Assembly (NCBI GenBank): GCA_016840085.1
Contig: JAEOTA010000084.1
Location: 10,401-74,400 of the forward strand
Origin: Promethearchaeota archaeon
GTDB lineage: Archaea; Asgardarchaeota; Lokiarchaeia; Sigyniarchaeales; SOKP01
Reading direction: 5' to 3'
DNA length: 64,000 bases
A program made the position numbers and the translations under genes. Shown here piece by piece: positions 42,256-52,990 of this stretch (positions within the stretch are counted from its first letter, which is position 1; the number at the start of each line of letters is the position of its first letter). A model generated the notes under the pieces. It searched no databases, was not told the DNA's origin, and was given only the letters and a program-made list of their open reading frames with translations.

Positions 42256-43542
42256 GTGAATAAAAAAAGAAAACTCTCCGAAATAAGAAAAAAAATAGAA
42301 AAAGGTACCGCTGTTGTATTAACTGTCCAAGAACTAATAGATCGTATTAGTGAAGGTGAAAAAGTTCAATTTGAAGATATTGATATAGTCACAACCGCTA
42401 CTAAAGCACTTATGAGTGGAATAATGGGGATATTTTCTTTCCGACTTTCACCTCCAAAAACTTTGAGAAAATTTACAGAAGTTGATATAAATGGGATACC
42501 TACTTTCCCTGGACCATGCCCAAATGAATATTTAGGCATAGTTGATTTAATTATATATGGAACAGCTCAAAGTAAAACTATAGAAAATTATTGCGGGGGT
42601 TCTCTTTTTAGAGAAATAGTTGAGGGAAAATCTTTAGAAATTATTGCAAAAAGTTCTGAGGGCGAAAATATTGAAAAGGAAATGACAATAGAAGATATGC
42701 AATTCGCTAAATTAATGGGCACAAGGCAAGCTATTAAAAACTATTATGCAATGATTAATTGTGAATCATATGCAGTAGATACAATATTCTCATGTCTCCC
42801 TTTTGAACCTAAAACAGAGATCACATTTTCAGGTTGTGGTGCATTAAATCCTTTTCAAAACGATCCCAAATTTGAAACTTTTGGTGTTGGATCCCCTATA
42901 CTTGTTAATGGTAATATTGGATATCTCATAGGGCCAGGTACTAGGAATTACATAGCAAAACCAAACATGATGGCTATAGCCCCAATGTTGGGCATGAAAC
43001 CAGAATATATGGGTGCTTTTAAAACTTCATATGGATTAGAACCAATTTGTAGTATTGCAGTTCCTATTCCAATTCTTAATGAGAGAATCTTTAATAACAT
43101 AGTAAAATTTGATAAAGAAGTTCCTTTAACAATATTAAGTCTTGTAGGAAGAGAAAAAGTTGGTGAAATTGCTTACGGTGATGTATGGGATAATAATTTT
43201 CTTATTAAATTTGTTCCAAATGCATGTAATAACTGTAAAATTTGTAATGTCATAGATAATTGTCCTACAAATGCGTTTATCATTATAGATGGCAAAATCA
43301 CAGCAATAAATCGTTCCCGTTGCTTTAATTGTGGAAATTGCGCAAGATTATGCCCCGAAGCATTTAAGTTGGACCTAAAAACTATTAAATTTGAAAATCA
43401 TGAGATCCCAGTTGTTTTAAGACAATCAGATAGATATGGGGCTATAAAATTAGCAGAACAATTAAAATCTATGATTCTAAAAGGAAAGTTTCCTTTAAAA
43501 AAGCCAACAGGCGAATTAGATTTTGCTGAACAAGTAAAATAA
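42256..43542 (+). CDS. DUF39/homocysteine-biosynthesis family metalloprotein with ferredoxin domain ('methanogenesis marker 16'-like)
   Basis: KI..GTAVVLT..E, DIVTTAT, GPCPNE, FSGCG.LNP.QNDP, two 4Fe-4S Cys clusters, LRQSDR. Confidence 0.85.
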   Translation: MNKKRKLSEIRKKIEKGTAVVLTVQELIDRISEGEKVQFEDIDIVTTATKALMSGIMGIFSFRLSPPKTLRKFTEVDINGIPTFPGPCPNEYLGIVDLIIYGTAQSKTIENYCGGSLFREIVEGKSLEIIAKSSEGENIEKEMTIEDMQFAKLMGTRQAIKNYYAMINCESYAVDTIFSCLPFEPKTEITFSGCGALNPFQNDPKFETFGVGSPILVNGNIGYLIGPGTRNYIAKPNMMAIAPMLGMKPEYMGAFKTSYGLEPICSIAVPIPILNERIFNNIVKFDKEVPLTILSLVGREKVGEIAYGDVWDNNFLIKFVPNACNNCKICNVIDNCPTNAFIIIDGKITAINRSRCFNCGNCARLCPEAFKLDLKTIKFENHEIPVVLRQSDRYGAIKLAEQLKSMILKGKFPLKKPTGELDFAEQVK

Positions 43543-43569
43543 TAAATTACAGAAACTGATAAATTTTAT

Positions 43570-44013
43570 ATGAAAAATCTAAAATTAGACAAATTTGATC
43601 AAATTGGTATAATAGTGAAAGATATCGAACGATCCTCTCAATATTTTGGTAATTTATTCGATTTTAAAGATAAATTAAAATTAGTGGGACAAACTAATAC
43701 TGTTTTGTATAAAGGAAAAGAAGCTACATTCAAAATGAAAAAAATCATGCAGAATTTTGGAGGAAAGCAATTTGAAGTCATTGAATTAATTGAATCAAAT
43801 GGAGATCACTTGTATTCAGAATTTCTTAAAGAAGGAAAAGAAGGAATCCATCACTTAGGAATATATACTAAAAATGCAGATGCATTTATCGAATATTTTA
43901 AAAGTGAATATGATATTGATGTTATTCAAACCGGAAAATATGGTAAAGTAAAATTTGATTATTTAGATACTAAAGAAACTCTCGGCTTTTATTTAGAATT
44001 AATTTCTTTTTAA
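43570..44013 (+). CDS. VOC (glyoxalase/methylmalonyl-CoA epimerase-like) protein
   Basis: DQIGIIVKD, FEVIE, EFL....EGIHHLG, YLDT...LG..LEL. Confidence 0.9.
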   Translation: MKNLKLDKFDQIGIIVKDIERSSQYFGNLFDFKDKLKLVGQTNTVLYKGKEATFKMKKIMQNFGGKQFEVIELIESNGDHLYSEFLKEGKEGIHHLGIYTKNADAFIEYFKSEYDIDVIQTGKYGKVKFDYLDTKETLGFYLELISF

Positions 44014-44085
44014 TGATGTTCTTTTTTTTTTAATAATTTTAGTGTTTTACCAAAATTTATTTTTCATTTTTAATAACTTTTTAAT

Positions 44086-45822
44086 ATGTCTAAACAAACA
44101 TTAGATGGCGGGGATTTAGTTGTTAAATGCCTATTAAAGGAAGGTGTTTCTAAAATCTTTGGTATAGTTGGTGGAGAATTATTAACCATCTATGATGCTA
44201 TTGAACGATGGGGAAGGGAAGAAGGTATTGACACTGTAATGGTGAGACATGAGCAAGCCGCGGGTCACATGGCTGATGCTTGGGCACGTGCAACAGGAGA
44301 AATTGGAGTATGTATGGGTACAGCTGGACCAGGTGTAACTCATTTAGTACCCGCAGTTGCAGCTGCAAATGCTGATTCAATACCCGTGTTAATTATTGGT
44401 GCTCAAATTGCAAGAATGTTTGACGATACAGGTATTTTACAAGGAGGACTCGATCAAATAGCTTTAATGAAACCAATAACAAAATTACAAATTTCTGTAG
44501 AACATCCATATGAGATACCACATGCAATACAAAGATGCATTAAAACAGCCATGTCTGGGAGAAAGGGTCCAGTCTTTCTTGAATTAAGAGAAACGGCGTT
44601 AGTAAGAAACGCAAGTGAAGAAGATATGAGGAAAATTATAGATCCAAATCAATATCGAGCCATTCTTCGACCTGCTGGTAATCCAGAGGAAATAAAAAGA
44701 GCTATTAATGTTTTAAAGACAGCAAAAAAGCCAATAATTATAGCTGGAGGCGGTGTTAATGCTTCTGAAGGCCATAATGATTTAATAAAATTATCTGAGA
44801 CCTATGTAATACCCACAGCAACATCCTTTAATGGTGTTGGTACTATTGGAAAAGATAAAAAAACCTTTATAGGTTCTAAATTGACCGCTAGTGCATATAG
44901 AAATGCTGCCTCTGAAGCAGATGTAATTCTATCTCTTGGTTGTAGCTGGAATTACACATTATTTTATGGTGCTCCACCGATTTGGGACCAAACTCAAAAA
45001 ATTATTCAAGTTGATATCGATCCCAATGAAATAGGTAAAAATAGACCCGTTAACGTAAGTATTATTGGAGATGCTAAAGTTGTTATCCAACAACTATTGA
45101 AAGAGATGGAAGAAAGTCTTCCTAAAGAAAAAATTTCGGAATGGTCTGAATGGAACGATTATTTACAAGAGATTAGAAAACAAGATGATTTAGAAATCCA
45201 AAAAATACTAAAATCCAAAAAATTACCTATGAAACCTCATAGACTAGTATTTGAAGTTTTAGATTTTTTCCCTCCTGATATTCAGCTAGTAATTGATGGT
45301 GGTGATATATTTGTTTTTACAATGGATTTAATTAATATTAAAAATCGTCCCCCAAGAAGTTTCTTCCGTTCTGTGTCAATGGGTCATTTAGGAACAGGAA
45401 TCCCTTATGCGATTGGTGTTAAAATAGCTAAACCGGATAAAATTGTAGTATGTATAACAGGAGATGGTAGCTTTATGTTTACTGTACAAGAATTAGAAAC
45501 TGCTGTAAGATTAAATCTTCCTATAATAGTAATTATTGGAAATAATTGCGCGTGGGGTATGATAAAGTCAAATCAAAAACTTAACTTGGGGAAAAGATAC
45601 TGTGATGTAGATTTTCCACCAATAAATTATGCAGAAATCGCTCGAGGTTTTGGATGTTATGTAGAGAAGATAAGTAAACCTGAAGATATAAAACCAGCAT
45701 TACAACATGCCATTGATTCAAAAAAACCAGCAGTGATTGATGTAGATATAAGCTTTGAAACACCAACTGCTATGAAATTACTTGGTCTTTATAAAAAGAA
45801 TAAAGGTCTTCTTGAAAGATAA
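44086..45822 (+). CDS. Thiamine-diphosphate enzyme (acetolactate synthase/2-hydroxyacyl-CoA lyase-like)
   Basis: RHEQAAGHMAD, TAGPGVT, GDGSF...NNCAWG ThDP motif. Confidence 0.92.
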   Translation: MSKQTLDGGDLVVKCLLKEGVSKIFGIVGGELLTIYDAIERWGREEGIDTVMVRHEQAAGHMADAWARATGEIGVCMGTAGPGVTHLVPAVAAANADSIPVLIIGAQIARMFDDTGILQGGLDQIALMKPITKLQISVEHPYEIPHAIQRCIKTAMSGRKGPVFLELRETALVRNASEEDMRKIIDPNQYRAILRPAGNPEEIKRAINVLKTAKKPIIIAGGGVNASEGHNDLIKLSETYVIPTATSFNGVGTIGKDKKTFIGSKLTASAYRNAASEADVILSLGCSWNYTLFYGAPPIWDQTQKIIQVDIDPNEIGKNRPVNVSIIGDAKVVIQQLLKEMEESLPKEKISEWSEWNDYLQEIRKQDDLEIQKILKSKKLPMKPHRLVFEVLDFFPPDIQLVIDGGDIFVFTMDLINIKNRPPRSFFRSVSMGHLGTGIPYAIGVKIAKPDKIVVCITGDGSFMFTVQELETAVRLNLPIIVIIGNNCAWGMIKSNQKLNLGKRYCDVDFPPINYAEIARGFGCYVEKISKPEDIKPALQHAIDSKKPAVIDVDISFETPTAMKLLGLYKKNKGLLER

Positions 45823-45857
45823 TAATTAAAAAAAAAAATTTTTAAAGTGACACAAAA

Positions 45858-46655
45858 ATGAAAAATTTTGGATTATTAAAAGAAAAAGTAACCTTAGTTA
45901 CAGGGGCAGGGAGTGGTTTTGGGCGTGAAATGGCAATCGCATTTGCAAGTTATGGTTCCAATTTAGTTTTAAATGATATAAACCTTGAAAGTATTGAAAA
46001 AACTAGAGATTTGATCTTAAAATCTTATGAGGTTGATGTTCTAACCGTAAATGCAGATATTACTGATGAAAAACAAGTTTTTGAAATGAATAAAAAAGTT
46101 TTTAACAAATTTGATAATGTATTTGTATTAGTGAACAATGCAGGCGTAAGAGGAGGCACTTCTTCTTTGAAAACTAAAACTAAAGATTACGACAGAGTTA
46201 TGGAAGTAAATGTGAAAGGAGCATGGAATGTAACAAGAAATTTTTTTAAGAAGATGAAAAAACAGAAATTTACTCCAGTTGCTGGAAAAATAATTAATAT
46301 AACCTCTTGTGCTGGTACAGAATGTGGACTAAATCCTTTTATAGGTATTTATAGCGTCAGTAAAGCAGCTCTTATTGCTTTTACTAAACTATGGGCACTT
46401 GAATTAGGTCCAAGTAATATAACTGTTAATGCAATATGTCCCGGGATTTTTCTAACACCAATGTATAATAATGATGAAAATTTTATTAGGGAATGGATTA
46501 AATTAAGAAATATCAAACTTCCGCTTGACAAAATTGGAGAAAGTAAACAAGTTGCTGATGTAGCTTTATTTTTAGCCTCACCAGCAGCAGATTATATAAC
46601 AGGGCAGAACATCATCCTTGATGGCGGTATGACAATTAGTATTAATAAGCTATAA
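45858..46655 (+). CDS. Short-chain dehydrogenase/reductase
   Basis: TGAGSGFG, VNNAG, YSVSK, VNAICPG, ITGQ...DGG. Confidence 0.95.
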   Translation: MKNFGLLKEKVTLVTGAGSGFGREMAIAFASYGSNLVLNDINLESIEKTRDLILKSYEVDVLTVNADITDEKQVFEMNKKVFNKFDNVFVLVNNAGVRGGTSSLKTKTKDYDRVMEVNVKGAWNVTRNFFKKMKKQKFTPVAGKIINITSCAGTECGLNPFIGIYSVSKAALIAFTKLWALELGPSNITVNAICPGIFLTPMYNNDENFIREWIKLRNIKLPLDKIGESKQVADVALFLASPAADYITGQNIILDGGMTISINKL

Positions 46656-46845
46656 TATAATATTATATAATCCTACATTTTTAATTACATTTTGCTAAAT
46701 TTTTCTTTCTATATTGTTATTATTGTTCTAAAATTTAATTGAAAATTCAAGTCTTAATATTCATTTCTTTTCTAAGAAAAAATACTCTGGGCTTTAAATT
46801 TATTATTTTCAAATTAATTTCAAATAAAATTTACTTAATATTCCC

Positions 46846-48117
46846 ATGAGTCTAAGTAAAAATAGAATTTATTTTGGGTTTTTTATGATTTATTATACAA
46901 TTAGCATTTTTGATGCCCTATTCATCATTTATATTCCTTTATATTACTTAAACATATTAAATGTTAATCGTGTTAAATTGTCTTTTATACAAAGTTTAAC
47001 ATATTTAACTCTATTTGTAACTCCACTTTTAGGTTTTCTCTATGATAAGTATATAAAAAAAGAAATCCAAAGCAAAATGATTCTTTATCTTTCTTGTATT
47101 ACATTATGTAGTAGCTTTCTAATTTTCATTTTTTTTAAAGAAATACTACTGCTATATGGAATTTTTGTGTTTATTTACTTTTTCTCTAAATCATTAATAA
47201 GAACAGGAATGAGTAGTTTATTTTTAAGTATGGTTAAAGAATCGAAGGATATTAAATTAACTCTCATTTTACTAGTTAATACAGCTACTATAGTTGGATA
47301 TTTAGGAGTCTCTCTAATTTTTAATTTTAATGTATTAAATATTAACTCATTAAATTTTTGGAATATATTTTTTCTCATAGGATGGGTTTTTTCCCTTCCA
47401 ATTATTATTGTAATCGGTTTTTTTATTAAGAAAGTTCAATTTTTTAATGAAAACATAAATATCGAAAATGAATCAATTAATAATATTGAATTCAACCTTA
47501 GTAAATATGAAATTATTTTAATGGGTGTTATATACTTCTCATGCATATTAGCGACATCAGACTTATTAATTTCATATCCTTTAAGTTCCTGGATTTTTAA
47601 CAAATTCAATGAAACTGGATTCAGAATATATAGTTCTCTTTATTTTGTGTTTATTATATGTTCAATTTTTGGACTTTATATAGCAAATCTTCTATGTAAC
47701 AAATATAATGAAAAAAAAGTAATGGTTATTTTTCTCTATTTATATGCGGCTTTGTTATTCCCAATAACAATTTCTAATTTTCCAATGTTTATGATTTTAA
47801 ACTCTTTTCTTTCTATTATAGCATATATCATTACTGTAGCTTATACATCTTTAATAACAGATTTTTCTAATAAAGGCAAATATAAAACATTTAAATATCA
47901 ATTTCTTCAGAGTTCTTCCTCATTAGCTAGTACTCTTTATATTCCTTTAGGAACTTTATATTTCGGTATAATAACTGTTGAAACACTTATAATTATTTCT
48001 AGTATATTGATTGGAATTTCAGGAATATTTATTTTATCAACATTTCCTATTGATAAAATAATTGATCAAAGGAAAAAAGAGATTAAAATAGAAGAAACTA
48101 TAGATGTAATATCTTAG
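46846..48117 (+). CDS. MFS transporter
   Basis: About 12 hydrophobic segments; G.LYDKY motif-A-like loop. Confidence 0.75.
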   Translation: MSLSKNRIYFGFFMIYYTISIFDALFIIYIPLYYLNILNVNRVKLSFIQSLTYLTLFVTPLLGFLYDKYIKKEIQSKMILYLSCITLCSSFLIFIFFKEILLLYGIFVFIYFFSKSLIRTGMSSLFLSMVKESKDIKLTLILLVNTATIVGYLGVSLIFNFNVLNINSLNFWNIFFLIGWVFSLPIIIVIGFFIKKVQFFNENINIENESINNIEFNLSKYEIILMGVIYFSCILATSDLLISYPLSSWIFNKFNETGFRIYSSLYFVFIICSIFGLYIANLLCNKYNEKKVMVIFLYLYAALLFPITISNFPMFMILNSFLSIIAYIITVAYTSLITDFSNKGKYKTFKYQFLQSSSSLASTLYIPLGTLYFGIITVETLIIISSILIGISGIFILSTFPIDKIIDQRKKEIKIEETIDVIS

Positions 48118-48610
48118 TAAAAAAAAACTTGTTAAAAAAATATCTCAATAAACGCAGTAAAAATATAAGGAATTTCACTCAATTAAATATCTACCATTTC
48201 ATATTGAAAAATTGTTTTTTATCATCGAATAACGATCAATAAATTTTCGATAGTCATTTGGAAATCTTAATATGATTACAGTAATTATGAAATCTCCATA
48301 GATCTTTTTGATCTCATTTTCATTATATTTAAGTATTCGATTTCTATTAATAAATATTTTAATGCAAGTTCCTTTTTTATAACTTTAAACTCTTTTATAA
48401 TATCCTAGTGATTTTATATGATTTCTGTTTTAAAATTATTGATTTATTTATTATAACGAAAAATAATTGGAATTATAATTTTACTAATTTTAGCTTTCAT
48501 TATCATACTCACTGAAATTTTAATTAATTTTCGTAAACTTTTTTAATTTTATGACTTAGAGATCTATATAAATCAAAACAAAAATATAACAATTGAAAAG
48601 TGAATAATAA

Positions 48611-50215
48611 ATGGCGCAATTATCTGGTGTCCCAATCCTTATATTGAAAGAAGGGACTGAACGAAAAACAGGAAAAGATGCTCAAAAAAATAATATAGCA
48701 GCAGCAAAAGCAGTAGCTGAAGCTGTAAGAACTACCCTTGGCCCAAAAGGAATGGATAAAATGCTTGTTGACTCTTTAGGAGATGTTACAATAACAAATG
48801 ATGGTGCAACAATTTTAGATACAATAGATGTTGAACATCCCGCTGCTAAAATGATCGTTGAGGTTGCTAAAACTCAAGATGAAAAAGTTGGAGATGGAAC
48901 AACTACTAGCGTTATTATATCTGGAGAATTATTAAATCTTGCTGTAGAGTTAATGGAACAATCAGTTCATCCTACAATAATATTTAGGGGATATAGAAAA
49001 GCTTTATTAAAGAGTAAAGAAATTTTAAAAGATTTAGCAAAGAAAATCGATATTAATGACAATGACATCCTATTAAAAGTTGCTGAAACTTCTATGAATA
49101 GCAAACTAATTGCAGGTGTAAAAAGTCATTTTGCTGATATCGCTGTTAGAGCTGTGAGTCAAATCAAAGAAGCACGTGGTGAAAATATAGTAATTGATTT
49201 AGATCAAATTCAAATCATTAAAAAGGAAGGAAAAAGTCTTTTAGACACAACCATGATTGATGGAATTATTGTCGATAAAGAAGTAGTTCATCCCATGATG
49301 CCAAAGTCAATAAAAAACGCAACTATTGCCTTAATAAGCTCATCATTAGAAGTCGAAAAAACTGAATTTGACGCTGAAATAAGAGTACAAACACCTGATC
49401 AAATTAATAAATTTCTTGAAGAAGAAGCGAATATGCTAAAAAAAAGGGCGATAAAATTAAAAGAAATCGGAGCTAACGTTGTTTTTTGTCAAAAGGGTGT
49501 TGATGATAAAGCACAAAATTTTTTAGCAAAAGAAGATATATTATGTGTTCGAAGAGTAAAAAGATCTGATATGGAAAAACTTGCGAGAGCCACTAATGCA
49601 AAAATAATAAATAATATTTTTGAAATTTCTCCAGATGATTTAGGAAAAGCAGGAAAAGTTGAAGAAAAGAAGATAGGAGATGATAATATGATTTTTATTT
49701 CAGAATGTGCGGATCCTAAGGCAGTAAGTATTTTAATAAGGGCAGGCATCGAACATGTTGTTGATGAAGCAGAGAGGATGTTAAATGATGCGTTATCTGT
49801 AGTAAAAGCAGCAATAGAATTACCCTACATCTTACCTGGGGGCGGAGCTTCTGAAATTGAATTAGCAAAAAGATTGAGAACATATGCGAGAACAATTGGT
49901 GGTAGAGAACAACTAGCTATTGAAATATATGCTAATGCTTTAGAGATAATACCTAAAACATTAGTTGAGAATGCGGGATATAATCCTGTAGATTTAATCG
50001 TTGAGCTGAGATCGAAGCATGAATCGGAAGAAGGAAATTCGAATGGTATAAACATTGATACCGGTAAACCAGACGATATGATAAAATTAGGGGTGTTAGA
50101 ACCTTTATCTGTTTTAACTCAAGCAATTCAATCTGCAACTGAAGTATCATCAATGATTTTAAAAATTGATGATGTTATTGCAGCCTCTACATTATCTAAA
50201 GCTGGTGAAGAATAA
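48611..50215 (+). CDS. ths: Thermosome (group II chaperonin) subunit
   Basis: [41 protein letters not shown]. Confidence 0.98.
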   Translation: MAQLSGVPILILKEGTERKTGKDAQKNNIAAAKAVAEAVRTTLGPKGMDKMLVDSLGDVTITNDGATILDTIDVEHPAAKMIVEVAKTQDEKVGDGTTTSVIISGELLNLAVELMEQSVHPTIIFRGYRKALLKSKEILKDLAKKIDINDNDILLKVAETSMNSKLIAGVKSHFADIAVRAVSQIKEARGENIVIDLDQIQIIKKEGKSLLDTTMIDGIIVDKEVVHPMMPKSIKNATIALISSSLEVEKTEFDAEIRVQTPDQINKFLEEEANMLKKRAIKLKEIGANVVFCQKGVDDKAQNFLAKEDILCVRRVKRSDMEKLARATNAKIINNIFEISPDDLGKAGKVEEKKIGDDNMIFISECADPKAVSILIRAGIEHVVDEAERMLNDALSVVKAAIELPYILPGGGASEIELAKRLRTYARTIGGREQLAIEIYANALEIIPKTLVENAGYNPVDLIVELRSKHESEEGNSNGINIDTGKPDDMIKLGVLEPLSVLTQAIQSATEVSSMILKIDDVIAASTLSKAGEE

Positions 50216-50246
50216 AGTCTTATAGATTTTTTTATTTTCTATTTTT

Positions 50247-50708
50247 TTAAAAATTGTTTAAATTTTTAAATTGAATTCCCCAAGAAAATTTAGAGAGAAT
50301 TAAATCCGCATAAGTTTTAAACTTTGTTATGAATAACGCTGCCGCCAATGCTTCAGCTGAACTTAATTTTTCCCATACTCCATAATTTGTTGGATTTGCT
50401 GCGATTAAGGGAGGTAATTTACGATCATGGAGAAAGTTAGAATTCCATAAATTAGGAAGTTTATTCCAAGAACAATCTATTACGATTAAACCATATTTTA
50501 ATATTAATTTTCTATCATTAATTGAAATTTCTTTACTAGCAGAAGGATTTAATATAACAGAATTTCTTAAATTACCTTTAATCTTATTTATAATCTTTAA
50601 AAGATTAAATCTTTTTAATTTAATTGCTGTGCATTTTTTAGGATCACATTCTTTATAATGAAGGCAAAATACATTAGGTTTATTTTCTCTTATAATATCA
50701 GTTGGCAT
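50247..50708 (-). CDS. tsr3: 16S/18S rRNA aminocarboxypropyltransferase Tsr3
   Basis: CDPKKCT, IDCSW, RKLPPLIAANPTNYG, LSSAEALAAAL, FSWG..F..LN. Confidence 0.95.
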   Translation of the reverse strand: MPTDIIRENKPNVFCLHYKECDPKKCTAIKLKRFNLLKIINKIKGNLRNSVILNPSASKEISINDRKLILKYGLIVIDCSWNKLPNLWNSNFLHDRKLPPLIAANPTNYGVWEKLSSAEALAAALFITKFKTYADLILSKFSWGIQFKNLNNF

Positions 50709-50769
50709 TATTTAATTTGAAATGAAAATCTAATAAGAATTCTTTTTTTTAATAAAAATTATCCACTTA

Positions 50770-51768
50770 TTACTCATATTTAGAACTGGTGAGCACATTA
50801 ATAGATTTTATAGAACTTTCTGTCGTCTTTTCTTCGCCTACTATTTGCATTATTGAATAAATAATATTTCTGGATTCACAAATAATAGGTATCCCGCCAT
50901 ATGATAAAGTAAATAGCCCAATAAAAGAAATCTCTTCAGTATTTGATGTATCTTCAACTTTTGAGAATTTAATCTTACCTGAAGGACAAGCAATAATACC
51001 ATAAAAATTTTCACTATCTTGACCTGAAATTGCAACATAACATAAAAGATCTCCGATTGAACTCCCTTCTGATTCTTCTTTCATTTTCTGGAATGCAACA
51101 TTAGCACTTGCAGAGAACGCCTCTATAGAAATTGGTAAATTTTGTCCGCTAACTTCCCTAGCATCAAGAGTTAACCCAGAAGGGTTAACTAAGCTATATC
51201 TTATAAATATTGGATTCTGAAGAGAGTCTAAAATAGTACTTATTGTGGGTAGTAAATCTGAAGGCCCAGTAGATTCAGGTGTGTATGATACAAAAGGTAT
51301 TTCTGATCCCATTCCAAAAAGATAAATTGCACTTCGCACTTTATCACAAAATTCTTCAATCTCTTTTTCAGATTCATTGCCACTTCCGAAAAATTCTCCT
51401 AATTTTTGTTTTAAATAATACATCGATGTAGCTAGATTGTCTGCATCTAATGGCCATTCTTTATGATAATTATGTACTATTGTTAAAAGAGTTTCATTAA
51501 TTCTGATTGTTATTAGACATACTTTATCAAAATATGAAAATGAAATAACTTGATGTTTAATATTTAAATCTTCCCAATTTTCTTCACTAGCTGAAAAAGC
51601 TGCTGACGCTAAACTAGTGATTTGATTTGGATTTAACTCAATATCACTTTTTCTACCGATTTTTGCTATAGATAGCCCATTTTGATCACACAAAACTATT
51701 AACACAGTACCTTCAGATGCTCGTAAAATGGAGGTTAAATGTTTTATTAGGGATTCTCTTACACTCAT
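50770..51768 (-). CDS. Tandem roadblock-domain protein (start likely ATG 51768; track 51780)
   Basis: VLCDQNGLSIA...SLASAAFSAS and a second LVNPSGLTL...AFSASANVAF unit. Confidence 0.75.
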   Translation of the reverse strand: MSVRESLIKHLTSILRASEGTVLIVLCDQNGLSIAKIGRKSDIELNPNQITSLASAAFSASEENWEDLNIKHQVISFSYFDKVCLITIRINETLLTIVHNYHKEWPLDADNLATSMYYLKQKLGEFFGSGNESEKEIEEFCDKVRSAIYLFGMGSEIPFVSYTPESTGPSDLLPTISTILDSLQNPIFIRYSLVNPSGLTLDAREVSGQNLPISIEAFSASANVAFQKMKEESEGSSIGDLLCYVAISGQDSENFYGIIACPSGKIKFSKVEDTSNTEEISFIGLFTLSYGGIPIICESRNIIYSIMQIVGEEKTTESSIKSINVLTSSKYE

Positions 51769-51940
51769 TAAAAAAACCAAAATTACTTTTTCCTAGCTAA
51801 ATAAAATATTTTTGTGTTATATATTTTAATAAATTTTTATCATTTATTTTAATCGCATTAAAAATTGAATCCTTTAATAAAAAATTTTTTTATTCTTATA
51901 ATCTATTATTACATACTAAATTTAAACTTGATATCAAGAA

Positions 51941-52058
51941 GCGGGAATTGCCAAGTCTGGTCAAAGGTTATTGCGAGCTGATTCGAAAGCTGACTATAGG
52001 CGGTGGACTTAGAATCCATTCTCGTAGGAGTTCGGGAGTTCAAATCTCCCTTCCCGCA
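51941..52058 (+). tRNA. tRNA-Leu(TAG) with 33-nt intron (51965-51997, position 21/22)
   Basis: Acceptor GCGGGAA/TTCCCGC, GTGGA-CT-TAG-AA-TCCAT, long variable arm, T arm GGGAG-TTCAAAT-CTCCC; BHB GGTC/GACT. Confidence 0.95.
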
Positions 52059-52209
52059 TTCTTTTGAAATTTTTCTTTTCTTATGTAAAGAAGAAGAATT
52101 AAAAAAAGAAAAATTTTAATGGATTCATACTCTATCTTTAATACTAGTTATAGATTTCTATACACATTTATGAAAAAAACTCGTTAAAACAAACTTTCTT
52201 AATTATCTT

Positions 52210-52315
52210 GCTCCTATAGTGTAGTCAGGCCAAGCAATGTTTATTATTTAAATACATACTTGAATGCTAGGCTTTCACCCTGGTGACCCGGGTTCGAATC
52301 CCGGTAGGAGCACCA
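52210..52315 (+). tRNA. tRNA-Glu(TTC) with 28-nt intron (52237-52264, position 24/25), CCA encoded
   Basis: Acceptor GCTCCTA/TAGGAGC, CTAGG-CT-TTC-AC-CCTGG, T arm CCGGG-TTCGAAT-CCCGG; BHB CAAG/CTTG. Confidence 0.95.
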
Positions 52316-52367
52316 ATTTATCAACACTAACGAGGTTCTAATTTTCTTCCTTTTAAACTTAAATTTA

Positions 52368-52688
52368 CTCTACAGTTCAATTGAAGGTTGAGATAAAACT
52401 GAAAAAATTGAGATTGGATGGAAACCTAAATCCTATAAACTTAAACCTGACGAAGAACGGATTAAAGAAGAAGTGAAATCCATTAATTAGAAAGTAGTTT
52501 CTCTAAATTGGAAGTTACCAAAAGGTGAACTCCTAGATCCTACGAAGGAATCCTCCTATACCAATCCCCTCTACAAGCAAAAAAATTGGCTTGAAGACAT
52601 CTATAACAATAAGGAATGGGGATTAACTGACCGAAAAATAGCACGAATAACAAACACTTCTCAAACTACAATAAACTTGAGATTCTAA
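52368..52688 (+). pseudogene. Decayed gene fragment with an HTH-like motif between tRNA-Glu and tRNA-Asn
   Basis: One frame reads LYSSIEG*DKTEKIEIGWKPKS...KSIN*KVVSLNWKLP...PLYKQKNWLEDIYNNKEWGLTDRKIARITNTSQTTINLRF*; two internal stops. Confidence 0.6.
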
Positions 52689-52747
52689 CAAAAGAAAGGT
52701 AAATTCAACAGAAAATCTATAATCATAGAAAAATATCAGAGAATTTG

Positions 52748-52884
52748 CGCCCCGGGCATGGCTTCCGTAACACCTATAATTTAGGTGGAAAATCGAACAT
52801 GCGACCGCCCAGTTAACAGCCGGGTGCTCTACTTTGCCTAGCACACCAAAAAGCGGAAGTTGCTTCTAGCTGAGCTACCGAGGC
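52748..52884 (-). tRNA. tRNA-Asn(GTT) with two introns (D-loop about 52833-52865; T-loop 52762-52791, position 59/60)
   Basis: Reverse strand: acceptor GCCTCGG/CCGGGGC, CCCGG-CT-GTT-AA-CTGGG, T stem GCATG/CATGC split by an insert with BHB TTCG/CGGA. Confidence 0.92.
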
Positions 52885-52990
52885 ACAATTATGACATTTT
52901 CTTTTTTGATATATTATTTTATTAAATATAATATTTAGCTTTTTTCTAATAAGGATGATAAAGCTTAGGAATATAGACAATTATATAATT

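Noticed and set aside
44086-45822. ilvB assignment and a branched-chain amino acid leader peptide
   Set aside because: No regulatory subunit or ilv neighbours, and the 72-nt T-rich upstream spacer has no leader ORF
52389-52490. In-frame TGA/TAG as selenocysteine or pyrrolysine recoding
   Set aside because: No start, no selenoprotein-like context or SECIS seen; decay is the simpler explanation
52623-52844. 73-aa minus-strand ORF
   Set aside because: Runs through the tRNA-Asn gene
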